Below are positions 17,299 through 25,853 of a stretch of DNA of 35,306 nt, piece after piece (the first letter of the stretch is position 1; every line of letters starts with the position of its first letter). The notes beneath the pieces were generated by a model. That model was given only the letters and a program-made list of their open reading frames with translations. It did not search any database and was not told where the DNA came from. Source of the stretch: Candidatus Brocadiia bacterium. GTDB taxonomy: Bacteria > Planctomycetota > Brocadiia > SM23-32. The position numbers and the translations under genes were made by a program. Where the stretch lies: positions 1 to 35,306 of the forward strand of contig JAWOCH010000314.1 of assembly GCA_046483865.1 (NCBI GenBank), read 5' to 3'.

Positions 17299-18867
17299 AT
17301 GGCTACTGAAACCAAACAGGAAACCGAACAGCGGAGGCCGGAGCCGTTCCAGCCACGCAAATGGCTGGTCGAACCGGACTTCGTCGTCGAGCGCGATCCC
17401 GAGCGCTGCATCCAGTGCCAGGTCTGCGTCCGCCAGTGCGCCAACGACGTGCATCAGTACGACCCGGACGCAGACGCGGTGCACAGCGACAGCAGTACCT
17501 GTGTGGGCTGCCACCGGTGCGCAACGCTCTGCCCCACCGGCGCGGTGTCCATCCGGCGCTCGGAGCTGGAGTTCCGCCCCCACGGCAACTGGACGGCGGA
17601 CGCCCTGCGCAATATCTACCGCCAGGCCGAGACCGGCGGCGTGCTGCTGGCCGGCATGGGCAACGACCGGCCGCACCCCGTCTACTGGGACCGCCTGCTG
17701 CTGAACGCCAGCCAGGTGACCAACCCCTCGATTGACCCCCTGCGCGAGCCGATGGAGCTGACCACGCACCTGGGGCGCAAGCCGGACAGCGTGCGCATCC
17801 GCTGGGAAAACGGAGCGCCCCGGCTGGACACCCGGCTGGCCCCCCAGCTCAAGCTGGACACGCCCGTGATGTTCAGCGCCATGTCCTACGGCTCCATCAG
17901 CTACAACGCCTCGATGGCCCTGGCTCAGGCCGCATACGAGGCGGGCACGTTCGCCAACAGCGGCGAGGGCGGCCTGCACAGCGACATCCGCCCCTACGGT
18001 GACAACATGATCGTGCAGGTCGCCTCCGGACGGTTCGGTGTGGACACGGAGTATCTGAACTGCGCCGCCGCCGTGGAGATCAAGATCGGCCAGGGCGCCA
18101 AACCGGGCATCGGCGGGCACCTGCCGGGGGAGAAGGTGGACGCCGCCGTCAGCGCCACGCGCATGATACCGGAGGGCACCGACGCCCTGTCCCCTGCCCC
18201 ACACCACGACATCTACAGCATCGAGGACCTGCGCCAGCTCATATACGCCATCAAGGAGGCCACCCGCTACAGCAAGCCGGTCGCCGTCAAGATAGCCGCC
18301 GTCCATAACGTCGCCGCCATCGCCAGCGGCTGCGTGCGCGCCGGGGCGGACATCGTGGCCCTGGACGGCTACCGCGGCGGCACCGGGGCGGCCCCCACCA
18401 TGATCCGCAACAACGTCGGCATCCCCATCGAGTTCGCGCTGGCCGCAGTGGACTCGCGCCTCCGCGAGGAGGGCATCCGGAACCAGGCGTCTATCGTCGC
18501 GGCCGGCGGCATCAGGTGCAGCGCGGACGTGGTGAAGGCGGTTGCGCTGGGGGCGGACGCCGTCTACATCGCCACCGCCGCCCTGGTGGCCATGGGCTGC
18601 CACCTGTGCCAGAAGTGCTATACCGGCAAGTGCAACTGGGGCATCGCCACACAGGACCCATACCTGACCCGGCGGCTCAACCCGAAGGTCGCCACTCGGC
18701 GGCTGGTTGCGCTCTTGCGGGCATGGTCACTGGAGATCAAGGAGATGATGGGCGGCATGGGCATCAACGCCATCGAGAGCCTGCGCGGCAACCGCGAGCA
18801 CCTGCGCGGCGTCGGGCTGACCGATCGTGAACTGAACACGCTCGACGTCAAAGCGGCGGGAGAGTGA
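17299..18867 (+). CDS. Glutamate synthase FMN-binding domain protein (GltB domain 2) with N-terminal 2x[4Fe-4S] ferredoxin module
   Basis: CIQCQVCVRQC and CVGCHRCATLCP, then the glutamate synthase core NSGEGG, GQGAKPGIGGHLPG and SPAPHHDIYSIEDL. Confidence 0.85.
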   Translation: MATETKQETEQRRPEPFQPRKWLVEPDFVVERDPERCIQCQVCVRQCANDVHQYDPDADAVHSDSSTCVGCHRCATLCPTGAVSIRRSELEFRPHGNWTADALRNIYRQAETGGVLLAGMGNDRPHPVYWDRLLLNASQVTNPSIDPLREPMELTTHLGRKPDSVRIRWENGAPRLDTRLAPQLKLDTPVMFSAMSYGSISYNASMALAQAAYEAGTFANSGEGGLHSDIRPYGDNMIVQVASGRFGVDTEYLNCAAAVEIKIGQGAKPGIGGHLPGEKVDAAVSATRMIPEGTDALSPAPHHDIYSIEDLRQLIYAIKEATRYSKPVAVKIAAVHNVAAIASGCVRAGADIVALDGYRGGTGAAPTMIRNNVGIPIEFALAAVDSRLREEGIRNQASIVAAGGIRCSADVVKAVALGADAVYIATAALVAMGCHLCQKCYTGKCNWGIATQDPYLTRRLNPKVATRRLVALLRAWSLEIKEMMGGMGINAIESLRGNREHLRGVGLTDRELNTLDVKAAGE

Positions 18868-18871
18868 CGCC

Positions 18872-19315
18872 ATGAAGCGCATCGTAGCATACGAGCAGTA
18901 CTGCATCGGCTGCCGGCTGTGCGAGATCCACTGCCTGGTGCAGCACTCGGAGTCCCGGAAGATCATCAAGGCGTTCCGCGAGGAGCGGGACCGCATCATG
19001 CCCGGTGTCCACGTGGAGGAATCGGGCTGCGTCTCATTCGCCCTCCAGTGCCGACACTGCGAGGAGGCCGTCTGCATCGAAGCGTGCATGACGGGCGCGA
19101 TGCACCGTGACAAGGAGACGGGCGCCGTCCTGTGCGACCAGGACCGCTGCGTGGGTTGCTGGATGTGCGTAATGGTCTGCCCGGCCGGAGCCATCCGGCG
19201 GGGGACCGATCGCCAGGTGGCCTCCAAGTGCGACCTGTGCATCGGCGAGGAGTATCCGGCCTGCGTTGCGAACTGCCCCAACGAGGCCATTGCCCTCGAG
19301 GAGAGCCGTGGATAG
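18872..19315 (+). CDS. 4Fe-4S dicluster ferredoxin-domain protein
   Basis: 147 aa with CIGCRLCEIHC, CRHCEEAVCIEAC, CVGCWMCVMVCP and CDLC...CVANCP. Confidence 0.8.
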   Translation: MKRIVAYEQYCIGCRLCEIHCLVQHSESRKIIKAFREERDRIMPGVHVEESGCVSFALQCRHCEEAVCIEACMTGAMHRDKETGAVLCDQDRCVGCWMCVMVCPAGAIRRGTDRQVASKCDLCIGEEYPACVANCPNEAIALEESRG

Positions 19316-20597
19316 AGCCCACTACATGATCATCGGCAACTCGGTGGCCGCTGTGGCCGCGGTGGCCGGCATCCGTGTTCATGACCGGAGCCGGCCCATC
19401 ACCATGCTGGCGCGGGAGCCAAGGCACACGTACTCCCGTCCGCTCATCTCCTACCTGCTGGCCGGGAGGGTTGATGAGAACCAGATGTTCTACCGCGGCC
19501 CAACCTTCTACGAGGACAACTGCGCCGAGGCGCGGCTGGGCGTTGAGATCGTCCACGTGGACCCGCTGGGCCGGACGGTGGAAACCGCCGGCGGACAGGA
19601 GCTTGGCTTCGAGCGGCTCCTCATTGCCACCGGCGGCTCGCCCGTCGTGCCGCCCGCTCTGGACGGCGCACAGGCCGACGGCGTGTTCACCTTCACCACA
19701 TGGGACGACGCCGAGGCCGTCAGGTACTACATCCAAAACCAGGGCGTGGAACGGGCCGTCGTGGTCGGCGCGGGGCTGATCGGCATCAAGGCCCTTGAGG
19801 CCCTGGTCGCGATGGGACTGGACGTGACCGTGGTCGAACTGGCTGATCAGGTTCTGAGCACCGCCCTGGACCGCACAGCCGGCGAGCTGACCCGCCAACA
19901 GATGGAAAGGGCCGGCGTTGATGTACGCACGGGCACCACGATCTCCCGCATTGAGACGATCCGCGGCGCCGTGAGCGGAGCCGTCCTGCGGGACGGGCAG
20001 AGGGTAAAGTGCGGTATGGTCATCCTTGCCATCGGCGTGCGCCCCAACACGGCGCTGGTTGCGGACACGGCTATCGAGCTGGACAGGGGCATCCTGGCCG
20101 ACCACACGATGCAGACGAGCGTCGAGGGCATCTACGCCGCCGGCGACGTGGCGCAGGCGCCGGACCTGCTGGCTGCCGGGCGCAGTTGCATCCCCATCTT
20201 CCCGGATGCCTACCGCCAGGGGGTTGTCGCCGGACGCAACATGGCCGGAGGCGATGCCACTTACGACGGCGGCGTCGCCATGAACTCCGTTGACGTATTC
20301 GGGCTGCCAACCATCTCGGTGGGCGTCACCGTCCCGGGCGACGGGGACTGCGAGACACTGTGCGAACTCGATCGAGAGGCGGGCACCTACCGGAAGGTGG
20401 TTCTGCGGGGGAACCGCGTGGTCGGCGCCGTTTTCGTGGGCAGCATCGACCGGGCAGGCATCATCACCGGGCTGATCCGCGGCCGGGTGGACGTGAACAG
20501 CGTGAAGGACCTGCTGTTGACCGATCAGTTCGGCCTCTTGTCTCTGCCGCAGGAATACCGCAAGCACGTAGTCTCCGGCGCAGGGATTGAGGTATGA
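19308..20597 (+). CDS. FAD-dependent pyridine nucleotide-disulfide oxidoreductase (NAD(P)H oxidase-like electron-input subunit)
   Basis: Rossmann motifs YMIIGNSVAAVAAV and AVVVGAGLIGIKALEAL, plus AAGDVA. Start is either GTG 19308 (GGAG 4 nt upstream, 8-nt overlap with the ferredoxin gene) or ATG 19326. Confidence 0.8.
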   Translation: MDRAHYMIIGNSVAAVAAVAGIRVHDRSRPITMLAREPRHTYSRPLISYLLAGRVDENQMFYRGPTFYEDNCAEARLGVEIVHVDPLGRTVETAGGQELGFERLLIATGGSPVVPPALDGAQADGVFTFTTWDDAEAVRYYIQNQGVERAVVVGAGLIGIKALEALVAMGLDVTVVELADQVLSTALDRTAGELTRQQMERAGVDVRTGTTISRIETIRGAVSGAVLRDGQRVKCGMVILAIGVRPNTALVADTAIELDRGILADHTMQTSVEGIYAAGDVAQAPDLLAAGRSCIPIFPDAYRQGVVAGRNMAGGDATYDGGVAMNSVDVFGLPTISVGVTVPGDGDCETLCELDREAGTYRKVVLRGNRVVGAVFVGSIDRAGIITGLIRGRVDVNSVKDLLLTDQFGLLSLPQEYRKHVVSGAGIEV

Positions 20598-21325
20598 GGA
20601 TAGATGCGACGGACATCCACTACCGCCAGCTCAACGAGCAGATCCGCGTTGCGCTCACAAACGGCGCGGACTCGGTCGAGCTGGACCATGTGCTGGGCCA
20701 GCGCTACATAGGCGCCGGACTGGGCGGACAGGGCCGCATCACCGTCAACGGCACGCCCGGCAATGACCTGGGGGCGTTCATGGACGGCGCTGAACTCGTC
20801 GTGCGGGGCAATGCCCAGGATGGCGTGGGGAACACCATGGGCAGCGGGCGGATCGTCATCCATGGCGACGCAGGCGACATCGTGGGCTACTCGATGCGCG
20901 GCGGGCGCGTGCTGGTGCGCGGCAGCGTAGGCTACCGGGCCGGCATCCACATGAAGGCGTATCGCGGCCGCTTCCCCGTCCTGGTCATCGGCGGCAGCGC
21001 CGGCGACTACCTTGGGGAGTACATGGCGGGAGGCGTTCTTGTGGTACTCGGCCTGGACGACGGCGACCGCTCGCAGGTCGGCGAGTGGGTCGGCACAGGC
21101 ATGCACGGAGGCGCCATCTACGTGCGCGGCCCGCTGGAGCAGCACCAGACCGGAGCCGAGGTGGGCATCGGCCCCGTCGAGGACGCCGACGCGCAGATGC
21201 TGGCCGGGATCATAGAGGACTTCCGCGAGACGTTCGGCCTGGGGGAGTTCGCCTTCCGCCCGGGGGAGTTCCGCCGCCTGTTCCCCCAAAGCGCCCGGCC
21301 CTATGGGAACCTGTACGCTTACTGA
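20594..21325 (+). CDS. GXGXG-motif protein (glutamate synthase alpha-subunit C-terminal domain 3-like)
   Basis: Repetitive beta-helix GXGXG segments (VNGTPGNDLGAFMDGAELVVRGNAQDGVGNTMGSGRIVIHGDAGD...). ATGA start/stop overlap with the upstream gene. Confidence 0.8.
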   Translation: MRIDATDIHYRQLNEQIRVALTNGADSVELDHVLGQRYIGAGLGGQGRITVNGTPGNDLGAFMDGAELVVRGNAQDGVGNTMGSGRIVIHGDAGDIVGYSMRGGRVLVRGSVGYRAGIHMKAYRGRFPVLVIGGSAGDYLGEYMAGGVLVVLGLDDGDRSQVGEWVGTGMHGGAIYVRGPLEQHQTGAEVGIGPVEDADAQMLAGIIEDFRETFGLGEFAFRPGEFRRLFPQSARPYGNLYAY

Positions 21326-21367
21326 GCAGCACCGACGCCGGCGCGGTTTCCCCTGCCGCCCCCGATT

Positions 21368-21376
21368 TGGTACAAT
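21368..21376 (+). promoter_or_regulatory. Extended -10 promoter candidate (TGgTACAAT) for the HAD-YvcK fusion gene
   Basis: TG at 21368-21369 and TACAAT at 21371-21376, 36 nt upstream of GTG 21412. The -35 region is weak. Confidence 0.3.
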
Positions 21377-21411
21377 GCCCGGGTGCGAGAATCCACGTGA
21401 GGAGACCACCC

Positions 21412-23127
21412 GTGCCCGGACCCATCCGCGCCGTCATATTCGACCTGGACGATACGCTCTACGACTGCACCGGGACGCTGCTGGACGCTTCGCGCCGCCG
21501 TGCAGCACGCGTCCTGGTGGATGCCGGCCTGCCGATGAGCGAACGGGAGGCGCTCGAGCTGCAGAGGGCGTTGGGCGAGGAGCACGGGCCCCACTTCCTG
21601 GTCTTCGATGAGATTGCCCGCCGCTACGATCTGGAAGAGGAGGTCATCAACCAGGCCTACCGTGCGTATAACAGCGATGAGGTGGACCACATCGAGCCGT
21701 TTTCGGACGTGAAGCCGACGCTGCGTTTCCTGCGCAATCAGGGCATTGCCTGCGCGCTTCTGACCAGCGGGGTTCACCGTCGGCAGGCGGTCAAGATCGA
21801 GAAGCTCGGCCTCGCCGACGAATTCGACCAGATCATCATCAACGACGTGGAGCGCGGCGAGTTGATGGGCGAGTGCATGCGCTACGTGCTGGAGAAGCAC
21901 CGCTTGCGCCCGGAGGAGGCTCTGGTGGTCGGCGACCGCCCGCCAGAGGAGATTCACGCGGGCAAGGACCTGGGCATGTTGACCGCGCAGATGCTGCACG
22001 GCCGGTTCAGCGCCTTTGAGGCCCGCGACGACAGCGAGCGCCCCCATTACCGCATCACACGCATCAGCCAGGTGCCCACGCTGGTGCGCCTGCTGAACAT
22101 GAACAAGACGCCGGAGTCGCTGCGCATCGTGGCCATAGGCGGGGGCACAGGGCTGCCCATCGTTCTGGAGGGCTGCAAGACCTACTGCCGCGCACCCACG
22201 GGCATTGTGACAGTGACTGACAGTGGGCGCTCCAGCGGCCGGCTGCGCGATGAGCTGGGTATCCTGCCCCCCGGTGACGCGCGGAACTGCCTGGTCGCGC
22301 TGAGCGAGCCCGGCGAGAGCGAGAGGATGCTGAACCGCCTGTTCCAGTATCGCTTCCAGCAGGGCTCGTTCGAAGGCATGAGCCTGGGGAACCTGGTCAT
22401 CGCCGCCATGACGGACCTGGAGGATAGCTTCAGGGAGGGCATCGGCTCGCTGAGCCGCCTGCTGAACATCCGGGGCAAAGTGCTGCCCCCCACCACGACG
22501 GACTGCCACATTTGCGCGGAGCTTGAGGACGGCACCCACCGGCAGGGCGAAGTGAACGTGCGCGGACTGAACAAGCCGCCCATCCGCCGCCTGTACCTGG
22601 AACCGGAGGATCCCCCCGCCTGCGAAGAGGCCGTCCAGGAGATCATGGACGCGGACATCGTCCTGATCGGCCCCGGCAGCCTGTATACCAGCGTCATCGC
22701 CAATGTACTCGTGCCGGGCATCCGGCAGGCGCTGGCGGAGACCAATGCCACGACCGTTTACGTGGTCAACATCGTCACGCAGCCCGGGCAGACGGACGGC
22801 TACGGCGCAGCGGACCACGTGCGCGCCGTGCTTCAGCACGCGGGTGAGGACGCCGTGGACTATGCGCTGATCAACGTCCAGTTCCCCGGCGACGGAATGC
22901 TCGAGCGCTACCGCAGCGAAGGGGCGGACACCGTCGCGCCCGAACCCGCGCTGCACGAACTGGGCGTAGAGGTGGTCGAGGCGAGCCTGGTGGAAGACCT
23001 GGACCAGAAGCGCGTGCTGTGGGAGAAGCAGGACCTCCTGCGTCACCACCCCGACAAGCTGGCCGACGCCGTCTGCCGCATCTACGCCGGCCTGCCGCCC
23101 AGCATGAACGGGGCGGATCCCGCCTGA
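21412..23127 (+). CDS. Fusion protein: N-terminal HAD-superfamily hydrolase plus C-terminal YvcK/UPF0052 (CofD-like) domain
   Basis: HAD motifs IFDLDDTLYD, LLTSG and VVGDRPPEEIHAG span about 21412-22100. The YvcK signature LRIVAIGGGTGLPIVLEGCK...IVTVTDSGRSSGRLRDELGILPPGDARNCLVAL...GPGSLYTSV runs from about 22120. Start at GTG 21412 lies 7 nt after GAGGAG. The ORF-track start at 21085 overlaps the previous gene. Confidence 0.75.
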   Translation: MPGPIRAVIFDLDDTLYDCTGTLLDASRRRAARVLVDAGLPMSEREALELQRALGEEHGPHFLVFDEIARRYDLEEEVINQAYRAYNSDEVDHIEPFSDVKPTLRFLRNQGIACALLTSGVHRRQAVKIEKLGLADEFDQIIINDVERGELMGECMRYVLEKHRLRPEEALVVGDRPPEEIHAGKDLGMLTAQMLHGRFSAFEARDDSERPHYRITRISQVPTLVRLLNMNKTPESLRIVAIGGGTGLPIVLEGCKTYCRAPTGIVTVTDSGRSSGRLRDELGILPPGDARNCLVALSEPGESERMLNRLFQYRFQQGSFEGMSLGNLVIAAMTDLEDSFREGIGSLSRLLNIRGKVLPPTTTDCHICAELEDGTHRQGEVNVRGLNKPPIRRLYLEPEDPPACEEAVQEIMDADIVLIGPGSLYTSVIANVLVPGIRQALAETNATTVYVVNIVTQPGQTDGYGAADHVRAVLQHAGEDAVDYALINVQFPGDGMLERYRSEGADTVAPEPALHELGVEVVEASLVEDLDQKRVLWEKQDLLRHHPDKLADAVCRIYAGLPPSMNGADPA

Positions 23128-23135
23128 GAACGTCC

Positions 23136-24077
23136 TCAGTGTGTCGCGTCCCACAGGGAGCGGCGCATATCCGCCGCTGCCGCCCCGACGGCGTCGCGCC
23201 AGCGAGCTTCCCCGTACTCGCTCTCGTACGGCGCACGCTGCCAGGCGAAGATGATGCCGCGCGAGGAGTTGACCACAGCCCCCAGCCCGTCCTCGTCGAA
23301 CGCCCCGACCACGTCCGCCACGCCGCCTCCCTGTGCGCCGAATCCCGGCACAAGCAACGGAGCGTGGGGCATGGCCTGGCGCAGGGCAAGCAGCTCCTCC
23401 GGATACGTGGCGCCGACCACGGCCCCCAGCAGACTATAGCCGGACGCGCCCCGGTGTGCGGCCCCCCACTGCTCCACGAGCTGCGCCACGCGTGCGTAGA
23501 GCGGCCCGCCCCCGCAGTCCACATCCTGGATGTCGGCCGAGGACGGATTGCTGGTCTTCACCAGCGCGAAGATGCCGCCGCCATGCTGCGCCGCGGCCTG
23601 CAGGAACGGCTCCACGCCGTCGCTGCCCAGGTAGGGGTTGACCGTCAGCGCGTCCACCACGAAGTCGTCCGAGTGCGGAACGCCCTCTCCCGCCCCGCCC
23701 AGGTGCGCGGCGGCGTAGGCGGCGGCTGTGCTGGCGATGTCGTTACGCTTCACGTCGGCTATGACGATCAACCCGGCCTCCCGGGCCGCGCGCACCGTGG
23801 CGGCGTAGGCGCGCATGCCCTCCACGCCGAAGCGCTCGTAGAACGCCACCTGCGGCTTCACCGCCACCGCGTGCTCGGCGACCGCCTGCACGACCGCCCG
23901 GTTGAAAGCAACCATGGCCTCCGCCGCCCCGCTCGCGGTCTCCCCGTGATCCCGGTAAGCCGGCTCGCGCACCTCGGCCGGCAGCCTGTCAACCCGCGGG
24001 TCGAGCCCAACCACCACCTGGCTGCGCTTGCGCTCGATCTCGGCCATCAGCCGGTCGGCAAAGTGTCTTTCTTTCAT
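23136..24077 (-). CDS. pyrF: Orotidine-5'-phosphate decarboxylase, type 2 (long form)
   Basis: 313 aa with VVVGLDP, VKPQVAFYE and IADVKRNDIASTA. GGAGG RBS lies upstream of the ATG. Confidence 0.85.
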   Translation of the reverse strand: MKERHFADRLMAEIERKRSQVVVGLDPRVDRLPAEVREPAYRDHGETASGAAEAMVAFNRAVVQAVAEHAVAVKPQVAFYERFGVEGMRAYAATVRAAREAGLIVIADVKRNDIASTAAAYAAAHLGGAGEGVPHSDDFVVDALTVNPYLGSDGVEPFLQAAAQHGGGIFALVKTSNPSSADIQDVDCGGGPLYARVAQLVEQWGAAHRGASGYSLLGAVVGATYPEELLALRQAMPHAPLLVPGFGAQGGGVADVVGAFDEDGLGAVVNSSRGIIFAWQRAPYESEYGEARWRDAVGAAAADMRRSLWDATH

Positions 24078-24226
24078 CGTTCCTCCCGCCAGGGACCAGA
24101 CGCACTTCTGCGACGGAATATACGCCCAGACGGCGTTGCGCGCAACTTCGGGCGCGGTATGGATTGACAGACCGTCCGCGCGTCCTTAGGATGGCGGTGG
24201 AGGGAACTAAGCAGTGGAGGTCGGCG

Positions 24227-24457
24227 ATGCCGCTGTACGAGTACAAGTGCGAGGACTGCGGGCAGACCACCGAGTTCCTGGAGACGCCCGGCCGAAAAGC
24301 CGAACGCGCCTGCGGCTCGTGCGGCAGCGGCGAGCTACGTCGCGCCTTCAGCGCCTTCTCCGCCCGCTCCAAGAGCGCCGCCCCCTCACGCAGCAGAGGC
24401 AGTTCCTCCAGTTGCACAAGCTGCGGCGCGTCCTCCTGCGCGTCGTGCCGCCGGTAG
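24227..24457 (+). CDS. FmdB-family zinc-ribbon protein
   Basis: MPLYEYKCEDCG...CGSCGS, then a Ser/Cys-rich tail. Start at ATG 24227 lies 6 nt after GGAGG. Confidence 0.75.
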   Translation: MPLYEYKCEDCGQTTEFLETPGRKAERACGSCGSGELRRAFSAFSARSKSAAPSRSRGSSSSCTSCGASSCASCRR

Positions 24458-24460
24458 GGC

Positions 24461-24913
24461 TCAGTCCGCCCGGACGGCCACCTCCGCCTCGACCGTGACG
24501 CTCGTCTCCCCGTCCAGCGATCTGGTAATCAGGCAGGCGCTCTCCGCCTTCCCGATGGCTTCGCGCGCCGCCTCCACCTGCTCCTCGGCGGCGACGGTGA
24601 TGTCGGCCTGCACGGTGAAGTCCGAGAAGGACATGCCCCCGCTGCCCATCTGGAGCGTCCCTTCGCACTCCGACTGGTAGCTCTTCAGCTCCACGCCGGC
24701 CCGGTCGGCGTAGTAGAGGAACGTCAACATGATGCAGGTCTCCAGCGCCCCTACCAGCATATCCTCCGGGCTCCAGACGCCCTCGTGACCTTTGAACTCC
24801 GGCGGCGTGGCGACCTCCAGGTCGGGCTTGCCCTCAGAGGACAAGACGCCCCGGCGCTCCCGTTCCCACCGGACGGACGTGCAATACCTGTGTTGTGCCT
24901 TCCCCTGCGCCAT
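24461..24913 (-). CDS. OsmC/Ohr-family peroxiredoxin-like protein
   Basis: OsmC-like pattern: PPEFKGHEGVWSPEDMLVGALETCIMLTF...AESACLITRSL. Start chosen at ATG 24913 (MAQGKAQ...), downstream of the neighbouring gene's stop. Confidence 0.7.
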   Translation of the reverse strand: MAQGKAQHRYCTSVRWERERRGVLSSEGKPDLEVATPPEFKGHEGVWSPEDMLVGALETCIMLTFLYYADRAGVELKSYQSECEGTLQMGSGGMSFSDFTVQADITVAAEEQVEAAREAIGKAESACLITRSLDGETSVTVEAEVAVRAD

Positions 24914-24942
24914 CGGTTGTCCCCTTGCCTGCGCCGCGCTCG

Positions 24943-25470
24943 TTACCCCATGCCCAGCGAACTCTGGTCGCCGACGATCAACGCCCATTCCTTCCACAGA
25001 AACCATGCGGCGTTCTCGTTCAGGTACTCCAGCGTGTTCTCCAGCATCTCGTAGTGCTGGTTCTCCTCCCTGGACAGCCGCTCGAACAGGCGCCGGGTGT
25101 CCTCGTCCGCTGCGTCTTCGGCAGCCTTGACGTAGAGATTGTAGCTCTCCGTCTCCATCTCCATTGCCTGCTGAACGGCGTCCTTCTCGTCGCTGGTGAC
25201 CGCCCCCTGCTCGTCCGTCTGTTCGGCGGCCTCGGTGAACAAGGTGCGGATCTCGTCCCTGGGCATCGGCATCTGGTCAACGTCCACGCCGACGCCTTCG
25301 GCCAGATCCTTCACCACTCTCAGGTGGCGCCGCTCGTCGGCAGCAAAAGACTTGAACATCCTCTGCCCCGCCTCGGTCGCGCACATGCTGGCGAGCGTGG
25401 TGTAGAAATCAGCTCCGTCAATCTCCAGCTTCCGGGCCTTCTGGACCGCTTCCCTCAGTGCGTCGCGCAT
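24943..25470 (-). CDS. Ferritin-like diiron protein (rubrerythrin/erythrin-like, no rubredoxin domain)
   Basis: Two E...ExxH diiron motifs (LEIDGADFY...ADERRH and MEMETESYNLY...REENQH). Start at ATG 25470 lies 9 nt after GGGAGG. Confidence 0.7.
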   Translation of the reverse strand: MRDALREAVQKARKLEIDGADFYTTLASMCATEAGQRMFKSFAADERRHLRVVKDLAEGVGVDVDQMPMPRDEIRTLFTEAAEQTDEQGAVTSDEKDAVQQAMEMETESYNLYVKAAEDAADEDTRRLFERLSREENQHYEMLENTLEYLNENAAWFLWKEWALIVGDQSSLGMG

Positions 25471-25581
25471 TGGTACAGACCTCCCTCTGTGCATCGCTCG
25501 TTGCTATCTACCCCTCTTCCAGGCTACCGCCGCGGCGGCCTGCTGTCAAAAGCACACGGCCCTGCCGGCCGGCACTCCGCC

Positions 25582-25610
25582 TTGCGGCGCCCGCGCGACA
25601 TGCCTATAAT
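25582..25610 (+). promoter_or_regulatory. Sigma70-type promoter candidate for tRNA-Ala (TTGCGG-N17-TATAAT)
   Basis: TTGCGG at 25582-25587, a 17-nt spacer, then a perfect TATAAT at 25605-25610. This ends 14 nt before the mature tRNA 5' end. Confidence 0.55.
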
Positions 25611-25624
25611 GGCCCCTGTCAGGT

Positions 25625-25700
25625 GGGGACGTAGCTCAGCTGGGAGAGCGCGGCACTCGCACTGCCGAGGTCGAGGGTTCGAATCCCTTCGTCTCCACCA
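25625..25700 (+). tRNA. tRNA-Ala (anticodon CGC)
   Basis: 76-nt cloverleaf folded by hand. Acceptor GGGGACG/CGTCTCC carries the G3:U70 alanine identity pair. D arm GCTC-AGCTGGGA-GAGC. Anticodon arm CGGCA-CTCGCAC-TGCCG. T arm GAGGG-TTCGAAT-CCCTT. CCA is encoded. Confidence 0.95.
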
Positions 25701-25853
25701 CCTTCCCAAGCCCTGCGCCCCCTGGCGGAAGTGTCCGTCACCTCCCCGGAGTCCGGATAGACGGTCTTGGTCACCCTGTTGGGGTGTTTGGCGGCGCCGT
25801 AGTAGTAGCTGGTGTCCTGGTGATTCGAGCCGTCTTCCCACGCCTGGATGGAT

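Noticed and set aside
16624-18603. Very long antisense ORFs opposite well-supported genes. Examples: 1241-2503(-), 14672-16126(-), 16624-18603(-), 18996-20567(-), 21319-23154(-), 28791-30026(+), 32191-33492(+), 33952-35160(+).
   Set aside because: These are typical high-GC shadow ORFs. Their translations are Arg/Ala/Gly/Pro-rich low-complexity sequence with no recognisable motifs, and each fully overlaps a gene with clear family signatures on the other strand.
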